DNA of 64,000 nt from Flectonema sp. DT1601. Taxonomy: Eukaryota. The stretch lies in the NCBI GenBank assembly GCA_964019425.1, contig OZ025786.1:806001-870000 (forward strand), given 5' to 3'. The position numbers and the translations under genes are program-made. The stretch's first letter is position 1; each line of letters opens with the position of its first letter. Below are positions 22,940 through 35,050 of this stretch, piece after piece. Below the pieces are notes generated by a model. That model saw only the letters and a list, made by a program, of their open reading frames with translations, did not search any database and was not told the DNA's origin.

Positions 22940-25581
22940 TTACCTACCTGCCGCCATTCTTTGCTTAATTCTTGCGACCCAAGCTGCCGGTGCTTGACCG
23001 CTGTTAGACATTGTTAATCCCATGTTAACAAATTTTTGTTTTTGAGTATCTTCCTTGTAGACAGGAGCGCTTCCAGCACTGCCGTCAGCGGAGGATGATC
23101 GAGAAGAGTGAGATTCAGCATCAGAATTAGAATCGTTTTCTTCTTCCATTTGTTGCTGTTGCTGTTGTTGTTGCTTGTCCTTAATGGCACGAAGCTTGCG
23201 CTTCTCCTTAGCGCTGAGTAAGGCAAATTCAATTTCATCTTCACCACTTAACTTTGCGTATTCTGCCTCAGTAATCTTTCCTTGACGAAGTTTCTTTAAC
23301 AGTCTGGTGTCGTCATTCAATTCTTCTAATTCCATTTGATTCCAAACCTGTTGTTTCTTCCTCCTTCCCATGGTCTTGTCATCCTTTACGTCTTCACGTT
23401 TTTTGTTTCGTTCGCTCATTTCTTTGCGTTTTTCTACCATTTTAGCTTCTTTGTCAGCAAGTTTTTCCTGTCTTTTTTGTTCCTTTTCCGCAGTCGTACA
23501 GGTAATGTGTTTAGGATTTACAGATGCGAATTCCTCTTCCAGAGGGATTCGAGCTTGAGAAACGTGATGTAATTCCGGCATGTGAGGAAGCCTCAACAAT
23601 GCACAAGAGTGAGCTAAATCAATCACATCAACCTTGCCTAATTTAAAAATGTATCTGAGACCGTGTTCACGGTATGCTCGTACCCAGGTAACGAATGCCT
23701 TGACGGCGGTATCACAAAGGTCTCTGTCTTTGATGAGAGCTCTACGAACATTTTTAATAAAAGTACTGCTGCATTCTTTACCAACAACGACAGGGTCTGG
23801 AACAAGACCCTTTTTAATACGCCTGTTTGAAGTGTGTTAAATTATCATCAAGAATAATAAAGGTAAATCCCCTCAGAAGGAGAACAGAACATACCGCTTC
23901 TGCCTGTAGCGAAGAAGTTTTTCACGAAAACCTCTTTTAGCAAGAGTGACTCGAAAACGGATTCCACCTTTTGGGTTTCGCTTTGGTTGAGAACCATCTT
24001 GAACAGCTATTTCTTCTTCGTCTGGGTCTGTGTCGTTAGAGTTTTCAGATTCTGAATCTGAAGACAATTCGTCATCTGAGGCAGCGCAGGCATCCATATT
24101 TGGGTGAAGAGTGTCGTAGTTCTCAAGATTTATATTCTTAAGTGAAAGGTATTCAACATATGAACTCTCATGAGGTGACAAGTATAACATCGAATTACCA
24201 ACTCGACCCATTCTAGCTGTTCTACCCATTCTGTGAATAAAGGTTTCTGGTTCTGTTGGTGCATCTGTTTGAATAACCCAATCAACATCAGGTATGTCTA
24301 AACCTCTCGCAGCTACATCAGTGCACAGGAGGATACCTCCATTTCCCGATGCAGTAAAGTCTTTCAGAATCTTTTTCCGCTTTTGCAAAGGCATTTGCCC
24401 ATGTAACGCAAACACTACAATACCCCAGTCTGGCTGAGCAGCAAACGCCTTTGCAACGAAATCAACACTCGCACAAGTTAAGAAATAAACAATAAATTTC
24501 TTCTTCATATTTTCCAAAGCAAACTGCCTGAGAGCTTCCAATTTCTGAGATGGTTTAATAATCCTGTAGTACGTTTTAAGTGTGTCAGGGATGGCTAGGC
24601 CAGCATTTCCAGATCCACTCTTCTTCTTTACTCGTACTCTAACGACAACTGGATTTCTCATTCCGACTCGGACTAGCTCTTGAACTTCACTAGTTTGGGT
24701 AGCACTGAATAGTCCTGTGCGTCTTTGATTTGGTATTCTGTGTAAGATCGCATCTAATTGTGACTTGAATCCTCTACTTAGTAAGCGATCAGCTTCATCT
24801 AGGATGAGGAGTTCTATGGTTTTACACTGCATTTGGATTCCTGTGGTTTGTTGTGGTTGTTTATAATAATGAAAAGGTTTCTTTCTGAAATTGTTTTACA
24901 AATGATACCTTCAAGTCCCAAGACCATTACTTCGTACAACCGACCAGGTGTTCCAACTATGATATTACCACCTCTCTTGTTGTAAGAATCAATATCTCTA
25001 GCTCCTTCTCTACCTCCAATAAAACTGTTTACAACTATAGTGTGAGGAGTTACTTCTTTAAGATACGAAGCGTATTGTGTCGCAACTCTCTCAACCTGAA
25101 TGGCTAGCTCACGAGTAGGTAAGATGACGGTAGCTAAAACATTTTGTTTGCTTTCAAGAGCTTCAACAATTGAAGGACGCATACAGAATTCAAAAGCAGG
25201 TACTAAGTAAGCAAGTGTTTTACCAGATCCTGTTACTGCTTCTACAACAACGTCTTTACCTCGTAGAAGTTGGGGGATGGCAGCAGCTTGAACTGGTGCC
25301 ATTGTCGTAAATTTTAAATGTTTTTCTAAGAAGCTCAAACTTCCTTCACTCAATCCTGGATTCAACCCCTGCCATGATCCAGCAGTAGCACCTCCAACGG
25401 TACCACTTTTTGGAGCAGGTTTCGCCGCAGCTTTCTTCTCTGGCTTTGCTCTTTTCTCATCTGAACGTTTCTTCTCTTCAGTTCTCTTTCTCTTTATCAC
25501 TTCAGTTGTTGCAGGTGCTTTCTCTTCTGCTTCGCTAGGCTTCTTCTTAAGAACTCTCTTCTTTACTTTTCGTAGTACCAT
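22940..25581 (-). CDS. SPB4: DEAD-box RNA helicase SPB4/DDX55 (60S biogenesis), three exons
   Basis: Q motif (MAPVQ), AVTGSGKT, PTRELA, TPGRL, LDEAD, FSAT, ARGLD and HRMGRTAR. C-terminal AFVTWVRAY...LLRLPHMPE. Introns at 24841-24908 and 23823-23894. Confidence 0.9.
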
Positions 25582-26329
25582 TTTATGATGTTGAGTGGTA
25601 CTGATAAATAAGGTGATGAATAGTGTCCAGTTGGAGTATATAAATTAATATTTCTATCTGTTTGAAGGAAGTAAGTAGTTTGTTGTTTATGAGACAGTGT
25701 TGTGCAGTAAACCCATCGCAACAACCCAACGTATAGAATAAAAAAAAAAAAAGACCGAATAACGTTGTGACCGTAACACTGCAATCCCTAATGGGGAGGG
25801 GGGACACGGGATAGACCAAAGAAACAAAACCCAAAAAAAAAAAAAATATATAATTTTAAAAAAAAGAAATATAATCAAAACCTTGCAATAGAAGGTAGTA
25901 CGCGGTGGTTAAAGAGGCTCTGCGCCTGAAAGCAGTTTTAAGTTTTTTTTTTTTTTTTGTATTCATAGTTCATGAAAGGCAACAACAAAAAAAAAAAAAA
26001 AAAACAGCAATAAATTTAAGATATGGTTACCTTATGAATATATAGGTTATAATTGAGCGACTGTAGCCCACCTATATTATTTTCTCGGTCTTGAATAAGA
26101 AAAGAGGGAACACAAAAAAAAATAATTTTTTTAACTACTCGTTGGATGGGTTCAAACACTCAGACAGCCTATCAACGACTTCTTTCATTTTTTTTTTTTT
26201 TTTTGGTTTTTTGAAAAGAAGCTACAAAAAAAAACCACTCAAAAAAAAACGAACTGATAAAAAACAGACGAGGTCACATCGCCAAAAAGAAAATAATAAA
26301 AAAGCAACGAAGAATTAATAACCACCACA

Positions 26330-27282
26330 CTAGTGGTCTCCAAGACCACGTTGGTACTTTCCGTAACGTGGTCCTCCCTTGAACACTTCTGGCCAAACAT
26401 CCTCAGGATACAATAAACTCTCGTCAGTAAGGTATCCAGTTGGGTGAAGAACATCATCAGGAAGCTATTTTATTTTTTTTTTTAAATTCGAACTTCATCC
26501 TCTACATCTTCTTAACAACAATAAATACATACCGTAGCGTCACCGTAGATGTCTTCTAAGAATTTTCTGGCATCCTTTGGTGATGGGTTTTGCTCAACCG
26601 AGTATCCCAAAGTCCAAAGGATTTCCTTACCAAGGATTTCAACAGGTGCTTGGTTAACAATGGCGATCTATTTATTTATTTATTCATTTATTTTTGCACT
26701 GACACGAAAAGTCAAGAGAAGAAAACTAATTCAGATAACCATACCTTTGTACCATCATCGTCATAGTACACTGGTCCTCCGTTGAGAGAAACATGCTTAC
26801 CGTCGATATCAATTACAGGAGCATCCATAATAGAAAATTGTTTAAGGATTCTGTGAGGATCACTGATATCTGCCTGAAGCTGAAACTGAACAATATCGCA
26901 GTTCTCACCTAATTCCTTAGCTCTCTCAAGAGTTTGTTCATCACTTGACCATGCGTAGTGGTTCTTGAGTAGCTGTAATTGGGTTATTTCATTTTATTTA
27001 TTAAGAAATATTCACATGAAATGAATAACAATAAATACGCACCTCACGGATGTGTGGTCTTTTAATAATTGAACGAAAGACGATCTCAAGGGAATGGTTA
27101 TCCCATCCGTTTCCGAAGATTCCTCCCTGTTTTGTGTGTTACAGAAAAGACTTGTTGTTCTTATTTTTTATTAATTCTTAACATACCTCAGGAGCAGACA
27201 CCATAGTTCTCGTCTTCCATGTAGTAGCGGTGGTGGCAAATCTGCGCTGTCCCGCGATGAGTGATGTTAATCCCCTTCTCAT
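26330..27282 (-). CDS. COXV: Euglenozoan cytochrome c oxidase subunit V homologue (225 aa, five exons)
   Basis: Not in the ORF track. Exons 27282-27187, 27126-27043, 26972-26745, 26667-26533 and 26464-26330, all introns phase 0. Presequence MRRGLTSL. Motifs FGNGWDN, DPHRILKQFSIMDAPVID and FLEDIYGDATLPDDV resemble trypanosomatid COXV as I recall it. Confidence 0.8.
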
Positions 27283-27822
27283 TTTATTTATTATTTACCG
27301 TAACCCGCCTTTGAAAAATAGAAAATTTGAAAAAAAAAAAAGAGAATACAGCTTTCTCCCAGACATCAACATACAGAAGTTAGAAGCACACAAGAAAAAA
27401 TAGTCCATTAACATTATCACAACATGAGTCGTTACACCATTGTTATAACACATATTTTCGTTACAATTAGTGATTTCATAGTTTCCAATAATGTTAAAAA
27501 AGTAGCCTAGTGTGTCGTTTCTTCACACACGACACCATTTAAACGTAGAATAGAAGTTTTATGAAACCCAGTGAGATAATATTATCCTCACAAAGATTAC
27601 GATCTTTTACAGTATTGTGTCAGAAGAAAAGTGTTAATTATCTGCCCGTTTGGGAAGAACGATGTCACAAAGATGTGTAATTTACTATTTTTTTTTTCCA
27701 CCACCTAAGGAGAAATAATATTCGGATTGTGTCGCCACAACTAACTAAACTGAGAGCTAAGGAAAGAATACAGAAAGAAGACAAGTGGAATGGAACCACA
27801 CTTATAAGATTCAGAGAGTGAC

Positions 27823-30237
27823 TCACATAGCCACTTCATAAGAGTAATTAACAATCTCTTCTTGTGATTGGTTTATTGCTTCCTCTTCACGGAATGGAAG
27901 AATTCGTAGTTTTTCTTCGACAGGCATCTCCTCTAATAAAATAAATATATCCTGTATAGATAGTCTCTTATCAATACCAGTCCAGCACCTCTCGACGATG
28001 TCGTTCCAAAGCTTCTCTCCAAGCTTCTGTAGGTTGTCAGGCTTCTTTGGCAAGATCCCCGACTTTATAAATTTCGTAATTTGCTTCCTTCTAACAACAG
28101 GATCACCAGAAACCATGTCAGAGTACGGGGACCTCCCACCCATGATTTCGAACATCGTGCAACCAAAACTCCAAACGTCGTGAGCTGCCGATGCGATCGG
28201 TGAACTCTGCAAGGCTTCTGGTGGACACCAAGCGATCGGTAACTTTGACTTTACTACAGAACCTATTTTAGTAACTAATCCCATGTCTCCTAATACTAAA
28301 CCATTCTTACTTACTAAAATATTCCTTGTTGCTACATCCATGTGTGCTAACCCAAGTCCGTGAACGTATGCGAGTGCCCTCGCAATCGACACCATTCGTA
28401 ATGCGTACTGCTCTGGATCCACACGCTTGAACCTCAAGAAGTTATCAAGAGAACCTTGTTCGTAGTATTGAGTCACAAGGTAAATACTTTCATCAGACCT
28501 CGACCATCCATAGAACGTCACGATGTCCTTCTGTCTCATGTTGCACAGCATTCGAATCTCTACAAGGAAGTTGGAATCGTATGCCTTCCTTGATTCCTTC
28601 ACAGCTACCACTTCACAGCAGGTCACGTAAGTGGCGCGAAAGACTTTTCCAAAGAAACCTGTTCCGATTTGAACGAAGTCCGTTAGTTGATCAGATGGAA
28701 TTTCACATTCCAACGATGACAATGAGATGCTTCCTGAATTCTTAATAGCGATGGGTTCAACATGAAGCCCAGAAGACTTCTGGTGATCAACAGCTGTCGG
28801 ATGAGGACCAGTCCAGAGACCACGTGATGACGTCTCTAGTTTTGATGATCCAATAATTGTAATTAAACTGTTTTTAAAATCAGAATCCACTAATTGTTTT
28901 ACTACAGACCTTCTTCTTCTTCTATATAATAAGATTATAATACAAACAACACAAACAACAACAGCAGCAACAACACAGATGACAGTTACTAATGGGAAAC
29001 CACTACCTGAGTCAGCTACGTTGGTATCAGATAACGTTAGAGTTAATGTCTCTGTTGGAGTATACGGAACTGGTTGTAGTGTAGCAGTAAAAGCATGATC
29101 ACAATGGATAACATTGTCTACTCGATTTCGTGGATCATTAAGAACATGTCCAACAGTTGATATGTCAGACTCTATAGATCCCCAAGACACAACTTTACCT
29201 GATGATGTTACCGCAACGTACGACTCATATGTCGCATAAAGTGATACAATGTTCTTTAATAATGACTTTACCGTAGTAGTGTCCTGTGATGGTCCTGAAC
29301 CCCAAGCCACAACTGTACCATCAGTTGTTACAGCTGCGAATGTAGTTCGGGATCCAACTAGTAGTGTGCTGTCTTTTAATTTTGTTAAAACTTCTTTACT
29401 AGCATCACCCCCAAAAGATGGATTCCCCCAAGTGACCCAATTACCAGATGAGTTTTTTGCAGCAAAGGCTCGCTCGCTAGATACAACATCAACAATATCC
29501 TTAAGAAGATGCTGCACTGATAAAGAGTCTCCTCCTTCAGTAACATCACCCCATGTGACTATACTTGAATCATTAAGTAATGCTGCATAAGAATCTGAAT
29601 TACCATACACTGTTGATATATCTCGTAGTAAGCTAGACACGGTAGTTGTGTTCCTGGCAATTGATTGCTCCGAACCCCACACTACAAGCCCACCATCAGC
29701 TGTTAATGCAGCAAAGGAAAAGTAGGCCCAGTACAACTGAGTAATATCATGCAAAGCAGATTGTACTGTACTCATATTAAGAAAAGTAGCTCCAGGTAAT
29801 CCCCAACATACAACAGTCGTGTCATTGAGAAGAGCAGCAAAGTTGTCGTTATTTGATATTATTTGAACTGCTTTGTGATTTGCAAGAGCGTGAACTGTCG
29901 AAAGGTCGATGTCTGATCCCCAGGAAACAACTCGACCATTTTCTTGCAAGGCAGTGAACGATGCGATGCCACCTAAAAGACTAATCGTTCTGCTTTCGGA
30001 TAACAATTTCCTCACTGTTGTGCTATCTCCTCCAGTCTCTGGTGTTCCCCAAGTCAACACATCATCTCCAGTGATTGCAGCAAATGAACACCACCAGGTG
30101 TTCACGACAGTAGTAGCATTCTCTAAGTCGATATCAGGATATTTTTTCACTGCGGGACTTGTTCCCCACATCACATACAACTTACTCTGTACAACAACAC
30201 AAAATATCATAACAACAAGCAGCCTGCTTGTTCTCAT
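27823..30237 (-). CDS. Receptor tyrosine-kinase-like protein, copy A (signal peptide, RCC1/BLIP-II-like repeats, TM, kinase)
   Basis: Repeats of form FAAL...VVxWG...GGD. TM VTVICVVAAVVVCVVCIIILLY followed by RRRRR. Kinase motifs GTGFFGKV, VAVK, HMDVATRN, DMG, LPIAWCPPE and DVWSFG. Confidence 0.9.
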   Translation of the reverse strand: MRTSRLLVVMIFCVVVQSKLYVMWGTSPAVKKYPDIDLENATTVVNTWWCSFAAITGDDVLTWGTPETGGDSTTVRKLLSESRTISLLGGIASFTALQENGRVVSWGSDIDLSTVHALANHKAVQIISNNDNFAALLNDTTVVCWGLPGATFLNMSTVQSALHDITQLYWAYFSFAALTADGGLVVWGSEQSIARNTTTVSSLLRDISTVYGNSDSYAALLNDSSIVTWGDVTEGGDSLSVQHLLKDIVDVVSSERAFAAKNSSGNWVTWGNPSFGGDASKEVLTKLKDSTLLVGSRTTFAAVTTDGTVVAWGSGPSQDTTTVKSLLKNIVSLYATYESYVAVTSSGKVVSWGSIESDISTVGHVLNDPRNRVDNVIHCDHAFTATLQPVPYTPTETLTLTLSDTNVADSGSGFPLVTVICVVAAVVVCVVCIIILLYRRRRRSVVKQLVDSDFKNSLITIIGSSKLETSSRGLWTGPHPTAVDHQKSSGLHVEPIAIKNSGSISLSSLECEIPSDQLTDFVQIGTGFFGKVFRATYVTCCEVVAVKESRKAYDSNFLVEIRMLCNMRQKDIVTFYGWSRSDESIYLVTQYYEQGSLDNFLRFKRVDPEQYALRMVSIARALAYVHGLGLAHMDVATRNILVSKNGLVLGDMGLVTKIGSVVKSKLPIAWCPPEALQSSPIASAAHDVWSFGCTMFEIMGGRSPYSDMVSGDPVVRRKQITKFIKSGILPKKPDNLQKLGEKLWNDIVERCWTGIDKRLSIQDIFILLEEMPVEEKLRILPFREEEAINQSQEEIVNYSYEVAM

Positions 30238-30660
30238 TGTAGATAGTAATGTTTCACTATCGGGGGAACCTATCAGAAGACTAGTTTTTAGAAGACATGT
30301 TTTACGAGCGAAAGAGAATTGTGACAGCGTAACGTTAACACCCTTTTACTTTATAGGCTTGTTTCCGGTTGCGCACAAACAAAGTGTGAGAATTATTTAG
30401 TGAGGTGCCGATTCTTTTTTTATCCTTATTCCGCGAAAAATTTAAGTTGTAAAAAAAAAAAAATATATATATATAACATAACATAACATAACATAAAAAT
30501 CATAAGGAAACATGCTGGACCATCGCGAACCAGAAAATTTATTATAACTTTCCCTTACGCAGATGGGTGGTTGTCATTAATCTCAAAACCGTCGATCAGA
30601 GATTTTCATAAATTGAAGAAGACGAAGTAAAGTTCCACTTTTGAGTAACAAACTCCAATA

Positions 30661-30905
30661 GGCGACTTCGAACGTTTTGTGTGTGTTCGCAAAAAGGGGG
30701 TTTTCATTATCAGAAAACAGAATCAAGTAGCTGGAGACCTTGCGACTGCATAAGAATATCTATCGTTCGGTCAGATTGCGAGACTTGGAATAGTGCTGGC
30801 TAAAACTATTCAGATTAACCTTATACTACATTGAAAGCAGACAGAACCCCTTCACACGGGGAGATAAGTTCAGATTTCAATCTGAAATAGTTTCTTCTCC
30901 TACTA
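30661..30905 (+). repeat. Interspersed repeat containing SINE-like copy 4 and a segment shared (inverted) with 20170-20225
   Basis: AACGTTTTGTGTGTGTTCG and CTTGCGACTGC match the reverse complement of 20170-20225. GCAGACAGAA..CACACGGG..AATCTGAAATAGTTTCTTCTCC matches the SINE-like family. Confidence 0.6.
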
Positions 30906-31533
30906 ATTATAATAAAAAGAACAAGACAAAGATAAATATCACGTCAACATTGCACTACAAGAGCAATTATATTCGGCTGATGCATATTTAATGGAAGGCG
31001 ACAGCAGTAAAACCATCGTAGATTAATCGTTTAGAAAAGAAAAACAATGAAGATAATACCATCTTCATAAAAACAAGACGACGATTTACATCTCGTCAAT
31101 TTATACGAAAGAATGCAATAATTTCTCAAATTCAGCTGAGATGCATTCGTTCACGGAAGGAGAGATAGTTTAACAGCAGTAAAAGCCATCGTAAACAAAT
31201 AAACAAAAGTACTTACTCAGAATAAAACAGAAGCTACGAAATCATTTAAATATAAACTACCCAGTGGGAGTCGTTTAGAAAAGATAACTAGTGAAGATAA
31301 CATTATCCTCCTAATAATTACAATCTTTTACAACATTGTAGTTTACGAGAATAATAATATCTCACCGTTAGGGAAGAACGATGTTACAAAGATGTGAAGT
31401 TTACTATTTTTCCACCACTTAAGGAGAATAATCTTCGGATTGTGTCGCCACAACTAAACTGAGAGCTAAGGAAAGAATACAGAAAGAAGACGAGTGGAAT
31501 TGGGTACCACACTCATAAGATTCAGAGAGTGAT

Positions 31534-33912
31534 TCACATAGCCACTTCGTATTCACTGTCATACTGATAAAAATCATAATAACGATTAGAAGACTCTGGT
31601 GCCGCAAGTTGTAGCAGCTTCTCAACATTAATTACCTGCTGAGCTGGCATGTTACCGAAGAGAGAAATAATCTCCCGGAGTTCAAGACGCTCATCAATAC
31701 CAGTCCAGCACCTCTCGACGATGTCGTTCCAAAGCTTCTCTCCAAGCTTCTGTAGGTTGTCAGGCTTCTTTGGCAAGATCCCCGACTTTATAAATTTCGT
31801 AATTTGCTTCCTTCTAACAACAGGATCACCAGAAACCATGTCAGAGTACGGGGACCTCCCACCCATGATTTCGAACATCGTGCAACCAAAACTCCAAACG
31901 TCGTGAGCTGCCGATGCGATCGGTGAACTCTGCAAGGCTTCTGGTGGACACCAAGCGATCGGTAACTTTGACTTTACTACAGAACCTATTTTAGTAACTA
32001 ATCCCATGTCTCCTAATACTAAACCATTCTTACTTACTAAAATATTCCTTGTTGCTACATCCATGTGTGCTAACCCAAGTCCGTGAACGTATGCGAGTGC
32101 CCTCGCAATCGACACCATTCGTAATGCGTACTGCTCTGGATCCACACGCTTGAACCTCAAGAAGTTATCAAGAGAACCTTGTTCGTAGTATTGAGTCACC
32201 AGGTAAATACTTTCATCAGACCTCGACCATCCATAGAACGTCACGATGTCCTTCTGTCTCATGTTGCACAGCATTCGAATCTCTACAAGGAAGTTGGAAT
32301 CGTATGCCTTCCTTGATTCCTTCACAGCTACCACTTCACAGCAGGTCACGTAAGTGGCGCGAAAGACTTTTCCAAAGAAACCTGTTCCGATTTGAACGAA
32401 GTCCGTTAGTTGATCAGATGGAATTTCACATTCCAACGACGACAGAGACGCACTTGTTGAAGAACCCACCTGAAGAACATTCTCCTCTTCCAAAGAAGGC
32501 GACGTGTTCATCGGAACCAGTGTAATCAAATCACATTTTAGAAATGAGTCGCTATGTTTAGACTTGTTTTTACGTATTTTAGATTGTTTCCAAAAGCACA
32601 ACACCACAACAAACACGAACACGAACACCACAACTAAAGCAACAACGAGATAAAGTTTGAATGAGGAGCTAGAATTCCCATAAACGAGTTCATCTTCAAC
32701 TACCATAGGCACAGTGTCCGCCGTAAGGTCTGCTGGGCTGTAAAATTCTTGTTCGAACAACACGGAATAAGCATTCTCACAATGAGTGACTTCCAATGGA
32801 AATTTTTTTGAAGCTGGAAGTGCACGAGACAGCTTCTCGGATCCAGAATAAACATCACCCCACATAAAAAGCCCTTCAGGATAGGTATATGCGAGATACG
32901 AAACCTCCATTGATGTAATTACTGTAACATATTTTAATAATGACTGAACTGTACTAATATTCTGAGTGGGTCCTGTTCCCCAAGTCACAACTGATCCTGT
33001 TGATGTTAAGGCTGCAAAAGAGTCAACTGTAGTGACTACCGTGTTGCTTCCTTTAATTTGATCCAACACACGCTGACTGGGATTACCACCAGCACTTGGA
33101 TCGCCCCATACAATCCAATCAGATGATGTATTGCGTGCGGCAAAAGCTCGTTCGCTGTGAACGATCTTGTTTATGTTTTTAAGAAGGTGTTTAACAGTTG
33201 AAGAGTCACCTCCCTTCAAACTATTACCCCACGTCACCACAGTTGCATCCTCGAGTAGAGCAGCGAAAGAATACCCTGCTCCGTAAACATAAGAGACACC
33301 TCGTAGTAATCCTTGTACAGTACTGCTGTCACTGCCAAAGTCTCCATATCGCCCCCAAGTTACAACTCTCTTATCCGACGTCAGTGCCGCAAAGGCAAAG
33401 TGTATTGAGTAAAGGTTTGTTATGTTAACCAGACTTGACTGAACGGTGCTCATGTTCAGGGGAAGTTGAGAATTCCCCCAACTAACAACAGTGCTATCGT
33501 TTAATAAGGCAGAAAAGTGATTGAAATTTGATGTGATGCTTTTTGCTTTGTGTGTTCTCAGTTGCTTGACTGTTGAGGAATCAACATCCAACCCCCAGGA
33601 TACTACTCTTCCATTCTCTTGTAGGGCAGAAAACGCTGTTTTTCCACCTCTTATGCTGACGGTCTGAATTCCAGTAAGAAGGTGTTTCACAGTAGTGCTG
33701 TCACCTCCTGCTTCAGGTGTCCCCCACGTGACTACATCATCCTCAACAATAGCAGCAAACGAACACAACCAAGTAGAACGTATACTGGTAGCACTTCTTA
33801 GCACTTCAGGACTTGGTAAGTCCTTTACGGAAGGATCACTGCCCCACATGATAACTGTGTTGCTGTTCACAGAGATGAGTAGGGCTGTTATTATAAGGAG
33901 CCTGAGCCTCAT
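31534..33912 (-). CDS. Receptor tyrosine-kinase-like protein, copy B
   Basis: 792 aa with the same architecture as copy A. Confidence 0.9.
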   Translation of the reverse strand: MRLRLLIITALLISVNSNTVIMWGSDPSVKDLPSPEVLRSATSIRSTWLCSFAAIVEDDVVTWGTPEAGGDSTTVKHLLTGIQTVSIRGGKTAFSALQENGRVVSWGLDVDSSTVKQLRTHKAKSITSNFNHFSALLNDSTVVSWGNSQLPLNMSTVQSSLVNITNLYSIHFAFAALTSDKRVVTWGRYGDFGSDSSTVQGLLRGVSYVYGAGYSFAALLEDATVVTWGNSLKGGDSSTVKHLLKNINKIVHSERAFAARNTSSDWIVWGDPSAGGNPSQRVLDQIKGSNTVVTTVDSFAALTSTGSVVTWGTGPTQNISTVQSLLKYVTVITSMEVSYLAYTYPEGLFMWGDVYSGSEKLSRALPASKKFPLEVTHCENAYSVLFEQEFYSPADLTADTVPMVVEDELVYGNSSSSFKLYLVVALVVVFVFVFVVVLCFWKQSKIRKNKSKHSDSFLKCDLITLVPMNTSPSLEEENVLQVGSSTSASLSSLECEIPSDQLTDFVQIGTGFFGKVFRATYVTCCEVVAVKESRKAYDSNFLVEIRMLCNMRQKDIVTFYGWSRSDESIYLVTQYYEQGSLDNFLRFKRVDPEQYALRMVSIARALAYVHGLGLAHMDVATRNILVSKNGLVLGDMGLVTKIGSVVKSKLPIAWCPPEALQSSPIASAAHDVWSFGCTMFEIMGGRSPYSDMVSGDPVVRRKQITKFIKSGILPKKPDNLQKLGEKLWNDIVERCWTGIDERLELREIISLFGNMPAQQVINVEKLLQLAAPESSNRYYDFYQYDSEYEVAM

Positions 33913-35050
33913 CTTTTAATACCTCCCCTGTTTTGGAGAAGTAAAGAGAACACTACATTTATCGATTTCAAAACGGTTGAAGAGACAGACACGAAGAGGG
34001 ATATCCACAAAATCCTTAAGCAAGACAAGTCAAGCTCGTATCGAGCAGTTACACGTGGACTTTAATTAGAAGCAAAACATCAGAAATTGATAAAATGATG
34101 CCGTCTTGAGCTTGAGAAGGTGGTAGTAGCTCAAACCTTATTTCTATAACACCGAGAGACGTTTCTCTCGATACCAGTAGGAAGTATAAAGTATACGCTG
34201 AATAATAACAGGCCATAACAGGAACCACAATCCGAAAATACACATTCAATAAAGAGACACAGACAGAGACAGACACACCCGAAGCGATTCGTTAGACCAA
34301 AAGCAACTAAATTAGAATGAAGATAACAACCTGTACGTATCCCTCAAAGGAACAGTTTTACGATCTTAAACAATCTCTCACTTTGACAAATTGACTTGCA
34401 AAAAAAAAAAAAAAGGCTCGTTCTGGGACAAAAATCCCGGCACCTTGAATCTGGCAGAATTACCCCCCGACCGAATGAGAAAAGTTCTGGGGCAACACTC
34501 AACCAGTGCAACACACGAACTTCAATTCAAATGGACAAAGAAATTAAAATTCGCACTGATTTTTTTTGACTGAACGTGTTATAAATAATATTTGTCCCGA
34601 GAAAAGGCAGTTGACAGGTCCCGACAGGCGAAGATAAATCTCTCGCCAATATGTGCCGCTGCATTCGTTCACGGAAGGAGAGATAGTTTGACAGCAGTAA
34701 AAGCCATCGTAAACAAATAAACAAAAGTACTTACTCAGAATAAAACAGAAGCTACGAAATCATTTAAATATAAACTACCCAGTGGGAGTCGTTTAGAAAA
34801 GATAACTAGTGAAGATAACATTATCCTCCTAATAATTACAATCTTTTACAGCATTGTAGTTTACGAGAATAATAATATCTCACCGTTAGGGAAGAACGAT
34901 GTTACAAAGATGTGAAGTTTACTATTTTTCCACCACTTAAGGAGAATAATCTTCGGATTGTGTCGCCACAACTAAACCGAGAGCTAAGGAAGAATACAGA
35001 AAGAAGACGAGTGGAATTGGGTACCACACTTATAAGATTCAGAGAGTGAC

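Noticed and set aside
24814..24910. Apparent frameshift or direct-repeat intron in the helicase (CKTI appears twice)
   Set aside because: A canonical GT-AG intron at 24841-24908 restores the frame, so no recoding is needed.
34380..34660. GC-richer unique segment between receptor copies B and C (a similar one lies at 37080-37350)
   Set aside because: These may be transposon fragments, but no TIRs, TSDs, coding similarity or second copy were identified.
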